From NCBI GenBank assembly GCA_017514665.1, contig JAFWIX010000005.1, positions 26,991-90,990 on the forward strand: DNA of 64,000 nucleotides, in the 5' to 3' direction. Source of the DNA: Candidatus Saccharimonadota bacterium. Lineage in GTDB: Bacteria > Patescibacteriota > Saccharimonadia > Saccharimonadales > Saccharimonadaceae. Under the pieces are notes generated by a model, which saw only the letters and a program-made list of their open reading frames with translations, had not been told where the DNA came from and searched no databases. Of this stretch, positions 1 to 10,681 are shown in pieces. A program made the position numbers and the translations under genes. Each line of letters begins with the position of its first letter. The first letter of the stretch is position 1.

Positions 1-258
1 TACGCACTCGGTCGTTACCAAATGGGCGCTCAAACCGTCGGTCAAATTGCCGACTATTATGCCGATGGCTACTTCCTCGGTCATGAAATTTCACCTTATA
101 ATCACGCGCCTGCACTAATTAAAAATATTGATAAATCTAATATTGTCGATTTGGCGCGCGAATTTGCCGGCTCTGGCATCAACGCCATGGTAGCTGTTAG
201 TTCTTGCGAAAAAACCCTCATCAATGAGCTCGAAGAACGCTTAAACGCTTTATTTTAA
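1..258 (+). CDS. 3' end of probable M16 (insulinase-family) peptidase, truncated by window edge
   Basis: C-terminal segment QTVGQIADYY...IKNIDKSNIVDLAREF resembles the M16 C-domain; only a fragment is visible. Confidence 0.5.
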   Translation, partial: YALGRYQMGAQTVGQIADYYADGYFLGHEISPYNHAPALIKNIDKSNIVDLAREFAGSGINAMVAVSSCEKTLINELEERLNALF

Positions 259-1518
259 TTTATTCACAATCTCCACAAACTGCGCACCACGATCGTAGAC
301 ATTTTTAAACATATCAAAACTTGCTGCCGCCGGACTCATTAATACGGTGTTTCCTGTGTCGGCAAATTCGCGCGCCTTTTCTACAGCGCTCTTTAAATCT
401 TTCTCTAAGACAAATTTTGCATTCTCATATTTCTTCATTAGTTCATGACCAGATTCGCCAATCAACACTACTTTTTTAACCAAACTATTATCACTTAATA
501 ACTTATTTAGTTCTGGCAAATCCTCGTAATCTGTCTTGTCGCGTCCGCCCACAATCATTACTAGCGGTGTATTAAAGGCTTCGATAGCCACTTTAGTAGA
601 AGCTACGTTCGTAGCAAAATTATCATCATAATATTTCACACCATTAAGTTCGCGGATTAATTGCAGACGATGTGGCAAACCTTTAAATTCCTTAAATCCT
701 TTGCAAATTTCATTTAGGTGCTCATTCAATAATTCCTTAATATCTATGCCAAGATAACCACAGACCGCCAACATTGCCGCCTGTGCATTTTCCATATTGT
801 GCCTGCCAACAATCGACAGGGAATTAAGTGCTTTTTCTAATTTATTTAATAGCTGCGTTTTTTCTTCCTCATTATTAGTCACTGCCTCAATCAATTCACC
901 GACCGGATAAGCTAATTTTTCCTCGGCTGGTGATTTTTCTGCAATACTAACCGAGTCTTTATTATCCTTATAATATACGCATACATCGCCTTCATTCTGC
1001 CACTTCACAATATTGCTTTTAGCATCTACATACTCGGCAAAATCTTTGTGTACATTCAGATGGTCTGGTTCGATTCCTAACACCACTGCTACGCTCGGCG
1101 AACGATATAAATCCCATAATTGGAAACTCGACATTTCATATACTACTACATCGCCAGACGCTATATCATCTAAAACTTCTATCGCCGGCACACCAATATT
1201 GCCAACTAACCACACCTTGCGGCCCATTGCCCCAAACACAGATTTAATCAACGAACAAGTGGTACCTTTGCCCTTAGTGCCAGTTACGCCAATGATGCGT
1301 GCTGGACATTTTTCAAAAAAGTACTTAGTGCTACTACTCCAATCGCCTTGCGGTCGTACCGATGGGCTACGCATCACCAAATCATATTGATCTAAATTAA
1401 AATCCTTAACGTCCTCGTCAGCAAAATTCTCAAAAACCTTACATTCATCACCATGCGCTTCAAAATAAGCCTTCGCGGCTTGACCTTCCTTACCGTTTCC
1501 TAAAATCGCTATTTTCAT
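250..1518 (-). CDS. murD: UDP-N-acetylmuramoyl-L-alanine--D-glutamate ligase
   Basis: GVTGTKGKGTT P-loop, VYEMSSFQL, PDHLNVH, YYDDNFATN, SPAAASFDMF motifs; SD AAGGAG upstream. Confidence 0.95.
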   Translation of the reverse strand: MKIAILGNGKEGQAAKAYFEAHGDECKVFENFADEDVKDFNLDQYDLVMRSPSVRPQGDWSSSTKYFFEKCPARIIGVTGTKGKGTTCSLIKSVFGAMGRKVWLVGNIGVPAIEVLDDIASGDVVVYEMSSFQLWDLYRSPSVAVVLGIEPDHLNVHKDFAEYVDAKSNIVKWQNEGDVCVYYKDNKDSVSIAEKSPAEEKLAYPVGELIEAVTNNEEEKTQLLNKLEKALNSLSIVGRHNMENAQAAMLAVCGYLGIDIKELLNEHLNEICKGFKEFKGLPHRLQLIRELNGVKYYDDNFATNVASTKVAIEAFNTPLVMIVGGRDKTDYEDLPELNKLLSDNSLVKKVVLIGESGHELMKKYENAKFVLEKDLKSAVEKAREFADTGNTVLMSPAAASFDMFKNVYDRGAQFVEIVNKLK

Positions 1519-1597
1519 AGTAACTCCTTTCCTTAATTATATCACGCTAATTAAATAAAAACTCCTCTTTTTAACATAATCGTGATATAATCAAAAT

Positions 1598-3076
1598 ATG
1601 GTAAAGCGTCTATCGTTTTTAAGTGTTGCCGCCTTCGCAATGTTAATTGGTACTTTTGCTATTTCTAGCACATTTAATATAGGGGATGGTTCAGTTTCTG
1701 CCACAGCTAATGGCGCCACAGCCTCCCTCGAACTAGATTCAGTCATAGATATCTCAGCTCCTAGTACAGTAACTCTAAACTGTACCCCAGGCTCTACGGA
1801 TGCTACTTCTGAGTTATGTACTAGTAATGCTACAGTTACTGTTAATACTAACAATACTGCTGGCTATACTCTACAAATGAATACTACTAATGGTTCTTCT
1901 AATAGCCTTACTAATACTGGTATTACTCCTAATGCTACTATACCTACCTTATCTCAAGCTTATTCTGCTGCTAACTTTCCCGTAAACTCTTGGGGCTACA
2001 CTGGAGGAACCGATAAATCAAGTGAAACTGGTGGTTATAATTGCTCTACTAACTATTGTCCCATTCTAGCCTATAACAGCGACCCTACTACTTATTCTCC
2101 TAACCATATCATCAACCAAACCGATGCTCCATCTACCGCTTCTACCACCTCTATTACCTTTGCTGGTAAAGTCAACACTACCAAACCTTCTGGTACTTAT
2201 GCTACTTCTGTGACCTTTACAGCTGTAACTAACTATGTACCTCATCCTATTACTAATAGTATGAGTATGACAGACATAGATGCTAATACTTGTTCAGATA
2301 CACCACTAGAAACTACCTATACTGTAGTAGACCCAAGAGATAATAAATCCTATGCTGTAGCTAAACTAGCTGATGGCAATTGTTGGATGCAAGACAACCT
2401 TGCTTTAGACTTAGTCGCTTCGGGGAGCAACATCACTTCATCAAACACTAACGCTTCAGATACTTATCTAAACTACCTTAAAGGTAACAGTACTGGCACT
2501 ACTTCAGACCAATATCCCACTGCTGGAGTAAGCTATTGGACTAGTAGCTACAGCTATTCTGCTCCCCTTATTGCAATCAAAAACGCTAATGACGATACCT
2601 GGAATCCAGACACTGTAGCCTCCGTCACTTATGGCAATGGTAGTGGCAAAATTGGTATCTACTATAACTACTGTGCTGCTTCGGCTGGCTCATATTGCTA
2701 TGGTAATGGCACAAGCTCTACCGGCTCTCCCTCTTCAGACCCTAAATCCGGCACTCTCTACGATATAGACGCTGATATCTGCCCAGCTGGCTGGCATATA
2801 CCTACTACAGATTCTGGTGGTGAATACCAATATCTGTACAACACCGCCTACTCCTCTAATGCCACTAATTTCAGAAACGCTCTCTCTACGCCTCTTTCTG
2901 GCAACTTCTACGATGGCTTAGTGCTTGAACAAGAGTACGGGGATTTCTGGTCTTCTACTTGGTACAGCACAAATAGCATGAGGAGTCTCGATGTAGATTC
3001 TAATTATGTATATCTCCTCGATGGTTACGATCGCTATGATGGTTACTCATTGAGATGCGTAATAAACGGATCGTAG
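1598..3076 (+). CDS. Secreted FISUMP (Fib_succ_major)-domain surface protein, paralog 1
   Basis: Signal peptide, S/T-rich beta domain ending SGTYATSVTFTA, DPRDNKSYAVAKLADGNCWM, ICPAGWHIP, FWSST, C-terminal GYSLRCV. Confidence 0.85.
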   Translation: MVKRLSFLSVAAFAMLIGTFAISSTFNIGDGSVSATANGATASLELDSVIDISAPSTVTLNCTPGSTDATSELCTSNATVTVNTNNTAGYTLQMNTTNGSSNSLTNTGITPNATIPTLSQAYSAANFPVNSWGYTGGTDKSSETGGYNCSTNYCPILAYNSDPTTYSPNHIINQTDAPSTASTTSITFAGKVNTTKPSGTYATSVTFTAVTNYVPHPITNSMSMTDIDANTCSDTPLETTYTVVDPRDNKSYAVAKLADGNCWMQDNLALDLVASGSNITSSNTNASDTYLNYLKGNSTGTTSDQYPTAGVSYWTSSYSYSAPLIAIKNANDDTWNPDTVASVTYGNGSGKIGIYYNYCAASAGSYCYGNGTSSTGSPSSDPKSGTLYDIDADICPAGWHIPTTDSGGEYQYLYNTAYSSNATNFRNALSTPLSGNFYDGLVLEQEYGDFWSSTWYSTNSMRSLDVDSNYVYLLDGYDRYDGYSLRCVINGS

Positions 3077-3119
3077 CGGATTTAGGTTTTCTATATCTTC
3101 TGTATGCTATAATTACTCT

Positions 3120-4193
3120 ATGCGCGACTTGCAAAAACAAGCTGAAAACTTAAATGGCCAACTCAATGAACTTTGGCAAAAATTAAATCTTGACGAAAAA
3201 CTTGCTAAAATTACTAAACTAGAGGCCGAGGTTTCTGAGCCCGAAATTTGGACCAATCCTGAAAACGCCAAGAATAAAAACACCAAACTCGCCAAGCTTC
3301 AAGAAGAAACTCACGATTTTCTCATGCTCAAAACCCAACTTAACGATATCAACGAGCTTCTAGATCTCGAAAGCGCTAACTTAAAAACCGAAATCACCGA
3401 CCAGCTTGAAGCTATTGCCAAAAAACTTGAAGAGCTCAGCCAAACCCTCAAATTCACTGGCAAATACGACCACGGTGGCGCAATCTTGCGCATCACTTCT
3501 GGTGCTGGCGGTACCGAAGCTATGGATTGGGCTGGTATGCTCGAGCGTATGTATCTCAGGTTCTGCGAAAATCATCATTTCAAAGCCACTCAACTTGATC
3601 GCACCGTCGGTGAAGAGGCTGGTATCAAAACTGCCGTTTATGAAATCACCGGCCAAGATGCCTATGGCATGCTCAAGTCTGAACACGGCGTACATCGCCT
3701 GGTTCGCCTTAGCCCCTTCAATGCTAACAACCTTCGCCAAACTTCTTTTGCATTGGTAGAAGTCTTGCCCATCATTGATCAAGATACTGATTTTACTATT
3801 GATGAAAAAGATTTGCGCATTGATGTTTATCGCAGTGGCGGTCACGGCGGCCAGGGAGTTAACACTACCGATTCAGCGGTACGTATTACTCATATACCTA
3901 CCAACACTGTTGTTGCCATCCAAAACGAACGTTCCCAAATTCAAAACCGCGCTAAAGCCATGGAAGTTTTAAAAGGTAAGCTCATTCAAATGCAACAAGA
4001 GCAACATGCTCAGTCTATCGGCGAATTACGTGCTGGCGAATCCGCCGGTTGGGGCCAACAAATCCGCAATTACGTCCTTCAACCATATAAGTTAGTTAAG
4101 GATACCCGCACCAAATACGAAAGCAAAGACCCCGACGCCGTCCTTGATGGCAAGCTTGACGAGTTTGTTGACGCCTACTTGCGCTTATGCTAA
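3120..4193 (+). CDS. prfB: Peptide chain release factor 2
   Basis: [11 protein letters not shown] (GGQ), LVRLSPF (SPF anticodon mimic), WGQQIRNYVLQPY; continuous ORF. Confidence 0.97.
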   Translation: MRDLQKQAENLNGQLNELWQKLNLDEKLAKITKLEAEVSEPEIWTNPENAKNKNTKLAKLQEETHDFLMLKTQLNDINELLDLESANLKTEITDQLEAIAKKLEELSQTLKFTGKYDHGGAILRITSGAGGTEAMDWAGMLERMYLRFCENHHFKATQLDRTVGEEAGIKTAVYEITGQDAYGMLKSEHGVHRLVRLSPFNANNLRQTSFALVEVLPIIDQDTDFTIDEKDLRIDVYRSGGHGGQGVNTTDSAVRITHIPTNTVVAIQNERSQIQNRAKAMEVLKGKLIQMQQEQHAQSIGELRAGESAGWGQQIRNYVLQPYKLVKDTRTKYESKDPDAVLDGKLDEFVDAYLRLC

Positions 4194-4202
4194 AATAATA
4201 GT

Positions 4203-4958
4203 ATGATTCTACTTGACCGCGTCACGAAAATGTACCCGGGTGATAATGAGCCGGCCCTTGATAATGTCTCAATTCATATTGAGCCCAATGAATTTGTCTT
4301 TTTAGTGGGTAAATCTGGCGCTGGCAAATCTACTCTCATGAAAATGATTACCAAAGAAGAAATCCCCGACAGCGGCAAGATTATCATCGGTGGCATCGAT
4401 CTTGATTACGTCAAAAAGCGCCACATTCCTCATTATCGTCGTCGTATTGGCGTGGTTTTCCAAGATTTCAAACTCTTGCCGATGCGCACTGTTTACGAAA
4501 ACGTCGCGTTTGCTCTCGAAATTGCTGGTATGAGCAACAAAGAAATTCGCCGTACTGTACCCAAAGTTCTTGAACTCGTCGGTCTTGCCGATAAAGGCAA
4601 TAAATTTCCCGATCAACTTTCCGGCGGGGAACAGCAACGTGTCTCAATCGCTCGTTCGGTCGCTCGCCAACCCAAGATTCTAATTGCTGACGAACCTACT
4701 GGCAACCTCGACAAGCTGACTCGCGCCGAAATTATTGACCTTCTCCAAAAAATCAATGATTTCGGCACCACTGTGCTGGTCACTACTCACGACGAAAATA
4801 TCGTTAATCACTTACAAAAGCGTGTCATCACTTTGAAAGACGGCCGCATTATCGGCGACCAGAAACGCCATGGTGTTTATCGTCTAGAGACTGCCGGTCC
4901 AGCTCGTGCTAATTCTAACGATCGTCCATCCGCCGCTAAAAGAATAAAGAGTTTATAG
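4203..4958 (+). CDS. ftsE: Cell division ABC ATPase FtsE
   Basis: [27 protein letters not shown]; upstream of ftsX. Confidence 0.93.
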   Translation: MILLDRVTKMYPGDNEPALDNVSIHIEPNEFVFLVGKSGAGKSTLMKMITKEEIPDSGKIIIGGIDLDYVKKRHIPHYRRRIGVVFQDFKLLPMRTVYENVAFALEIAGMSNKEIRRTVPKVLELVGLADKGNKFPDQLSGGEQQRVSIARSVARQPKILIADEPTGNLDKLTRAEIIDLLQKINDFGTTVLVTTHDENIVNHLQKRVITLKDGRIIGDQKRHGVYRLETAGPARANSNDRPSAAKRIKSL

Positions 4959-4967
4959 GGTTATCAT

Positions 4968-6014
4968 ATGACTAAAAAAGCAAATGTCAGCAACAAAGAA
5001 ATCAAGCACGCAATCAAACACGAACAGTCCGTGGTACGTGACCATCTCAAAACTCTCTCGCGCAATTCCAATTCGCACTTCTTCCTTACTTATGGTCGTA
5101 TCATTAAATATGGCACTTTTAGCTTCTTCCGCAATATTTGGTTATCTACCGCCGCCACTCTCGTCATGACCGTAACGCTAGTTATTTTGATGATTACCGT
5201 TTTTGCTAGTGTTGTTCTTTCGAGCACCGCCGCTAGCATGAAAGAAAAAATCGATATTACTGTTTATTTCAAACCCACTACATCTGACGAAACTCTTGTC
5301 GAGCTTTCCGAAATTATGAAAAAGGATAGCAATGTGCGTGAAGTTACCACTACTAATTCCGAAGTCGAAACCCAAAAAGCTCTCGAAGAACAAGGTGGCA
5401 ACTCCGACGTTTCTGACGTACTTTCAAGCGACGACATCAAAGAACTATTGCTCAGCGCCATGCCGGCCACCATGCGTATTTCGGTCTATGAACCCAACAA
5501 TCTAGACAGCGTTAAAAGCATCGTCGAAAACGACTCTACCTTCAAAGAAAATCTTGATACCAAAGAACCTTCATATGCCGCCAATCAAAACGAAATCAAC
5601 ACCATCACCAAATGGGCCAATGTTGCCAAAAATGGCGGTCTTATCCTTAGTGGGATCTTCTTAATCATTTCCATTCTGGTCATCTTTAATACCATTCGCA
5701 TGGCTATCTTCTCCCGCCGTGAAGAAATTTACATGATGAAACTAGTCGGTGCCGACAATACCTTTATCCGTGGTCCATTCTTGGTCGAAGCCGAATTCTG
5801 TGGTATTATTTCTGGTATTCTCGCTAGCCTGATTGCCGTGTTCGGTTTTAAGCTCGTTTCATCTAATCTCCAAAACTTCGGTGTCGATATCACTCCTATT
5901 GTTAATATTACCGATTCTAGCTTAGTTATCTTCCTCTTCCTTACCATGATTGCTCTTGGCATCATTATTGGTTCAATCTCTGCTCGTCTTGCCGTTCACA
6001 AGTACCTCCGTTAA
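4968..6014 (+). CDS. ftsX: Cell division permease FtsX
   Basis: 4-TM permease with RREEIYMMKLVGA...FIRGPFLVE motif. Confidence 0.9.
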   Translation: MTKKANVSNKEIKHAIKHEQSVVRDHLKTLSRNSNSHFFLTYGRIIKYGTFSFFRNIWLSTAATLVMTVTLVILMITVFASVVLSSTAASMKEKIDITVYFKPTTSDETLVELSEIMKKDSNVREVTTTNSEVETQKALEEQGGNSDVSDVLSSDDIKELLLSAMPATMRISVYEPNNLDSVKSIVENDSTFKENLDTKEPSYAANQNEINTITKWANVAKNGGLILSGIFLIISILVIFNTIRMAIFSRREEIYMMKLVGADNTFIRGPFLVEAEFCGIISGILASLIAVFGFKLVSSNLQNFGVDITPIVNITDSSLVIFLFLTMIALGIIIGSISARLAVHKYLR

Positions 6015-6053
6015 CCTTTGACGCTTACGCTTAAGTGTGATATAATGAAAAAT

Positions 6054-7172
6054 ATGAAGTTTCAACATAAACATCTAGTCTACCCAGTAATTTTCACTCT
6101 ATTAGCGGTACCAGTATTTCAGTTTTTTACAGCCGCTAAACCAGCGAACGCTACCACTTATTCGCCTTTCTGTACCAGCAAGACTTGTCGCGAAGCTGCC
6201 GACCGTGAGGCTGCTGCCCAGAAAAAAGCCGACGAACTTTCTAGCCAAGCTAACACTCTACAAGGCAAAGTCGACTCTTTGAATGCCGAAATTGCTGCCG
6301 TCGAAGCCGAAATTGCTTCCTATGAAGCTATCGCTAAAGATTTGGCCGAACAAATCAAAGTTACCGAAGCTAAACTTGAAAAACAACAGCAAGCCTTGGT
6401 TGATTTAACTGTTGAAATGCATTTAAATGAAGATCCTGATGCTATCACCATTCTAGCTAGTAGTGATAATTTAGGTGATTTCACTGAACGCAAAACTCGC
6501 AAAGAGACCGTCCAAGAACAAGTCGTGGCTGCCGCCAAAGAAGTTCGTCGTGTCAAAGAAGATTTAGCTCAGAAAAAAGCCAGTAATGATGCCATTATCA
6601 ACAGCAAAAGCAGCAAGCGTGCCGAAATCGCCCAAAAGCGTAATGAGCAAAACACCCTAATAGCTAACTACAAAGATAACGCCGATGCCTATAGTGCCGA
6701 TGCCGAAAAAGCTCGCAAAATCAAGGCCGAAGAAATCAACAAAGCCATTCGCGCTTCTAACAATTACGGCGCAGTTGCTAGTACTGGTGCCGATGCTAAC
6801 GGCAACTCTTATCCATATCGTGGCAAATGCCCCGGTATCAACCTTGCCTTCATTGCCTACGGCGGTTACGTCTGCCAATGTACTAGCTATGCCGGTTATA
6901 AAGTCGCCGAAGCCTATGGTTACTCTATTTCTGCCTGGGGCAATGCTAGCAACTGGGGTAATAGCGCTATCGCCCATGGTTTTCGTGTTGATAACAATCC
7001 CGCCCCTGGCACCGTTGCTTATTCTACCGCTGGTGCTTATGGCCACGTCATGTGGGTCGAATCTGTCAACGGTGGCACTATTACTCTCTCTGAATACAAC
7101 TATGTATACGGCGACTTCTCCCGTCGTAGCGGCGTCCCCGCTAGTGCTTATCGCTATATTCATTTTAATTAA
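6054..7172 (+). CDS. Coiled-coil + CHAP murein hydrolase (PcsB/CwlO-like FtsEX partner)
   Basis: Signal peptide, long coiled coil, CHAP motifs QCTSYA, WGNASNW, YGHVMWVE; start placed at ATG 6054 after TTGACG-17-TATAAT (6018-6046). Confidence 0.85.
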   Translation: MKFQHKHLVYPVIFTLLAVPVFQFFTAAKPANATTYSPFCTSKTCREAADREAAAQKKADELSSQANTLQGKVDSLNAEIAAVEAEIASYEAIAKDLAEQIKVTEAKLEKQQQALVDLTVEMHLNEDPDAITILASSDNLGDFTERKTRKETVQEQVVAAAKEVRRVKEDLAQKKASNDAIINSKSSKRAEIAQKRNEQNTLIANYKDNADAYSADAEKARKIKAEEINKAIRASNNYGAVASTGADANGNSYPYRGKCPGINLAFIAYGGYVCQCTSYAGYKVAEAYGYSISAWGNASNWGNSAIAHGFRVDNNPAPGTVAYSTAGAYGHVMWVESVNGGTITLSEYNYVYGDFSRRSGVPASAYRYIHFN

Positions 7173-7191
7173 TTTGTGCTAAAATAAGAAG

Positions 7192-8370
7192 ATGGAAAAA
7201 CCCGTAGAGCGTAAAGTTAGTCTTGGTGGCGCCATTATTGGCAGTGCAGTCGCACTGTTTGCTGGCGTCTTAATTGGCATTAACTGGCATTACTTCGCTA
7301 ATTTTTTGCCATATTTAGGTATTGATGTAATCCAAGAAAAAGATTGGTCAGCCCTCAATGAAGTTTATTCTACTCTTGAAAATAATTACGACGGGGAACT
7401 TGATCAAGACAAGCTCACTGATGGCGCCAAAAAAGGTCTCGTCAAAGCCGTTGGCGACGAATACACCACCTATATGACTGCCGAAGAGGCCAAAGAGTTC
7501 AAGAAGGATCTCGAGGGTGACGTCGGCTCTGGTATTGGTGTCGAAATCGCTACCCGTGATGGCTATGTCCGCGTCATTCGTACTCTTCCAGACAACCCCG
7601 CACGCGAAGCTGGGATGCTGGCTGGTGATATTTTCTATAAAATCGACGGCGAAGAAGTTTATGACTTGCCCAGCGACGAAATCGCCACTAAAATTCGCGG
7701 CGAAGAGGGAACTGAAGTCACCGTCACCGTAGTGCGCAACGGCGAAGAAAAGACCTTTACTATGAAGCGTGAAAAAATTAATAATGTTTCTGCTTATATT
7801 AATTATGATGGCAAAACCGCTATTCTTAAAATTGTTCGCTTTGACAATAGCACGGGTGATTTGGTACAAAAACTAGCCAAAGAAGCCAAAGATAAAGGTT
7901 GTAATAAAATCATTCTTGATCTCCGTGGCAACGGCGGTGGCTATGTCAACGCCGCCCAAGAAGTACTCAGTCTCTGGCTTGACGGCGATGCAATCGTCAC
8001 TCAAAAATCCATTCATTTCAGCGACAACACCACTTACGCCTCACGCGGCAAAGCCATTTTGAAAGATATGAAGACTATCGTTTTAGTTGATGGCACCACC
8101 GCTTCGGCTTCCGAAATTACCGCTGGTGCTCTTCAAGATTACGGTAAAGCCAAGCTTGTTGGCGAAAAAACTTACGGTAAAGGTGTGGTGCAGACTCTGC
8201 TAAACCTCTCTGGTAATTCATTGCTTAAAGTTACCACTGCTCACTGGTATACTCCTAACGACAACAATATTGACGGTAACGGCATCAAGCCTGACATTGA
8301 AGTCAAAAATACCTACGATGACACCAATCACGGACGTGATCCTCAGCTTGACAAAGCCAAGAAATTATGA
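7192..8370 (+). CDS. ctpA: S41 carboxyl-terminal processing protease
   Basis: PDZ (GIGVEI), LDLRGNGGG, TASASEI, TYGKGVVQ. Confidence 0.9.
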   Translation: MEKPVERKVSLGGAIIGSAVALFAGVLIGINWHYFANFLPYLGIDVIQEKDWSALNEVYSTLENNYDGELDQDKLTDGAKKGLVKAVGDEYTTYMTAEEAKEFKKDLEGDVGSGIGVEIATRDGYVRVIRTLPDNPAREAGMLAGDIFYKIDGEEVYDLPSDEIATKIRGEEGTEVTVTVVRNGEEKTFTMKREKINNVSAYINYDGKTAILKIVRFDNSTGDLVQKLAKEAKDKGCNKIILDLRGNGGGYVNAAQEVLSLWLDGDAIVTQKSIHFSDNTTYASRGKAILKDMKTIVLVDGTTASASEITAGALQDYGKAKLVGEKTYGKGVVQTLLNLSGNSLLKVTTAHWYTPNDNNIDGNGIKPDIEVKNTYDDTNHGRDPQLDKAKKL

Positions 8371-8387
8371 TATAATAAAAGGACCTT

Positions 8388-9650
8388 ATGAAAATCGCCA
8401 TCACTTCAGCAGTTTACTACCCTATGACCAACGGGATTGCTACTTTTGCTCATAATTTAGCCCTTGGCTTGGCTAATAAGGGCCATGAGGTAATGGTAAT
8501 TTGCCCCAGTTTTACTGGCAAATCCCACCAAGTCAAACGCCACGGCGTTACTACAGTCTATCTCAAATCTATTCGCATTCCATTTTATCCTGATCAAATT
8601 AATAAAGTTCCCGATAAAAAAGAAATTTTAGGTAAGGATCTACCTCGCCTCGCCTATCGCTATGGTCTCTGGGTGTCACCAAATCCATACCTAAGTGTAC
8701 GTCGTGCACTCAAAAAATTCAAACCCGACGTCATTCATAGTCAAACCTCTGAAATGATCGGCCAAGCCGCTCTAACCTATGCTGAGCGTCATCACATTCC
8801 AATTGTGGCTACTGGACACACTTACCCAGATACCGTCACTGGCCAATTTAAGCTTTTAAAGCCCATCAAACGCCCCGTTGATGCCGCTTTAGTCAAATAC
8901 ATGGCACGCTACCTCAAGCACAGCGATTACGCCACCATGCCTACCGAAATCGCCATTACCGACCTCACCCCCAAGAACAAACGTCGTTTCAAGGTACCAA
9001 TCGAAGCCCTATCAAATGGCGTTGATTTATCTAGCTTTAAGCCCGGTAAGGCTAATATTAAAACCTATTTAAAGTATAGATTGCCCACCGATCGCCCAAT
9101 TGTACTTTATGTTGGCCGTATTGACCCCGAAAAAAGTGTTTCCTTGGTGCTTGAAGCCTTTGCTAAGCTTTTAGAAAACGTGTCTGAAGCTTTATTAGTA
9201 GTGGTAGGGGAGGGGACTGACCGCGAACACCTCGAAGACTACGCCAAATATCTTGGCATCGATAAAAATATTAAGTTTCTCGGCCGTATTTTGCCACCCA
9301 CCATCACCGACATCTATCGTGCTGGTTCACTCTTTGTCACTGCCAGCGAAATTGAAACTCAGGGTATTGTTTTAATCGAAGCCGCTGCTACTGGTCTACC
9401 GTTAGTCGCTGTAGATGCTGGCGCAGTCAGTGAAATCTGTCACAATAATAAAAACGGCTATCTCTGTCAGCCCAAGGATGTCGACGGCATTTATGAAGGC
9501 ATGAAGAAAATCCTCAAAGATAAAGACCGTCAACACAGGTTCAGTCAAAACAGCCTGAAATTTGCTAAAGAGCACGACCTGAACAATACCATAGGTCGTT
9601 TTGAAGAAATCTACCAAACTGTTATTGACAGCAAAAACTCTAGCTCTTAA
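8388..9650 (+). CDS. GT4 family glycosyltransferase
   Basis: YVGRIDPEK, ETQGIVLIEAAATG (EX7E) motifs. Confidence 0.88.
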   Translation: MKIAITSAVYYPMTNGIATFAHNLALGLANKGHEVMVICPSFTGKSHQVKRHGVTTVYLKSIRIPFYPDQINKVPDKKEILGKDLPRLAYRYGLWVSPNPYLSVRRALKKFKPDVIHSQTSEMIGQAALTYAERHHIPIVATGHTYPDTVTGQFKLLKPIKRPVDAALVKYMARYLKHSDYATMPTEIAITDLTPKNKRRFKVPIEALSNGVDLSSFKPGKANIKTYLKYRLPTDRPIVLYVGRIDPEKSVSLVLEAFAKLLENVSEALLVVVGEGTDREHLEDYAKYLGIDKNIKFLGRILPPTITDIYRAGSLFVTASEIETQGIVLIEAAATGLPLVAVDAGAVSEICHNNKNGYLCQPKDVDGIYEGMKKILKDKDRQHRFSQNSLKFAKEHDLNNTIGRFEEIYQTVIDSKNSSS

Positions 9651-10392
9651 CGAATTCAGCAATTTTTTGCGCCACTAATTCTGGCACTTCATAGTTTAAG
9701 AGGTGTCCTTCTCTGGGCAAGAACTCTGTTTTACATTTCACTCCGCGTTTTTCTAATTCTGTCGCAAGTTTTTCAGTCTTTGCTTTCTTAATTAAATGAT
9801 CTTTGTCACCAGCCAAAAGCAATGTCTGCTGTTTAAATTTAAAGTCACCAACTTTATATTTCATTGAAAATTTTGCCACCTTTCTAACGTCACCACGGCT
9901 AGCAAACTTACGGCCACTTAAACACGATACCGCTAGCATTTCCCAGAATTTATCCCAGTCATTGGTATTTTTAAGATAAAGCGTGCATACTAAAGTCACT
10001 AAATCACTTGGCGCTATCGCAATTAAGGGCGCCAAACTAGTAAATACTCTAGCTGGCCTAGCCGATATTGGCGCCAATAGCACTAGTTTATCTGCTATCA
10101 CTTGAGTATATTCCGCTGCCGCTGCCGCCGCCACAATCGAGCCCATGGAATGACCTACTAATATCGGTTTCTTTAACTTCTGCTTTTTAATATAATTATT
10201 CACATAATCAGCATAAGTCTCGGGCGTATATTCCGCCATTGCTCCTGCTTTACCAAAGGGTGGTAAATCTGGAATAGCTACTTCCAATCCTTGTTTTTTG
10301 AGAGCCTTAGCCACATCCTCTAGCCCTTCACTAGTTCCTCTGAATCCATGCAAAAGCAGTACGGTTGGCCTCTGTTTTTTCGGCGTTTTCAT
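9640..10392 (-). CDS. Alpha/beta hydrolase
   Basis: LLHGF, GHSMG nucleophile elbow, GHLL catalytic His. Confidence 0.88.
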   Translation of the reverse strand: MKTPKKQRPTVLLLHGFRGTSEGLEDVAKALKKQGLEVAIPDLPPFGKAGAMAEYTPETYADYVNNYIKKQKLKKPILVGHSMGSIVAAAAAAEYTQVIADKLVLLAPISARPARVFTSLAPLIAIAPSDLVTLVCTLYLKNTNDWDKFWEMLAVSCLSGRKFASRGDVRKVAKFSMKYKVGDFKFKQQTLLLAGDKDHLIKKAKTEKLATELEKRGVKCKTEFLPREGHLLNYEVPELVAQKIAEFVKS

Positions 10393-10405
10393 GCGCGCTC
10401 CAATC

Positions 10406-10612
10406 TTACTTTTTTAGTGACTTCAAAGCCTTTTTGATAGCTGGACGGTCAAAACCCACAATTCGCTCACCATTGATTTCGGTCACTGGCACTACACTAA
10501 TCGAAGGATCTTCCTTAGCGCTAACTTCTTTATATTTAACACCTTGCTCATCCAACCAAGCCATCAAAGCGTGGCAATATGCGCAAGTAGTGGTGGTATA
10601 TACTTTTATCAT
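10406..10612 (-). CDS. Glutaredoxin/NrdH-like redoxin
   Basis: CAYC motif, VPVTEING, IVGFD. Confidence 0.85.
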   Translation of the reverse strand: MIKVYTTTTCAYCHALMAWLDEQGVKYKEVSAKEDPSISVVPVTEINGERIVGFDRPAIKKALKSLKK

Positions 10613-10681
10613 AAACTAATTATAGCACATTCAAAAGTTTATAAGTTTGAATAACATCGCTAGAAAAATTCCTAACCTTCG

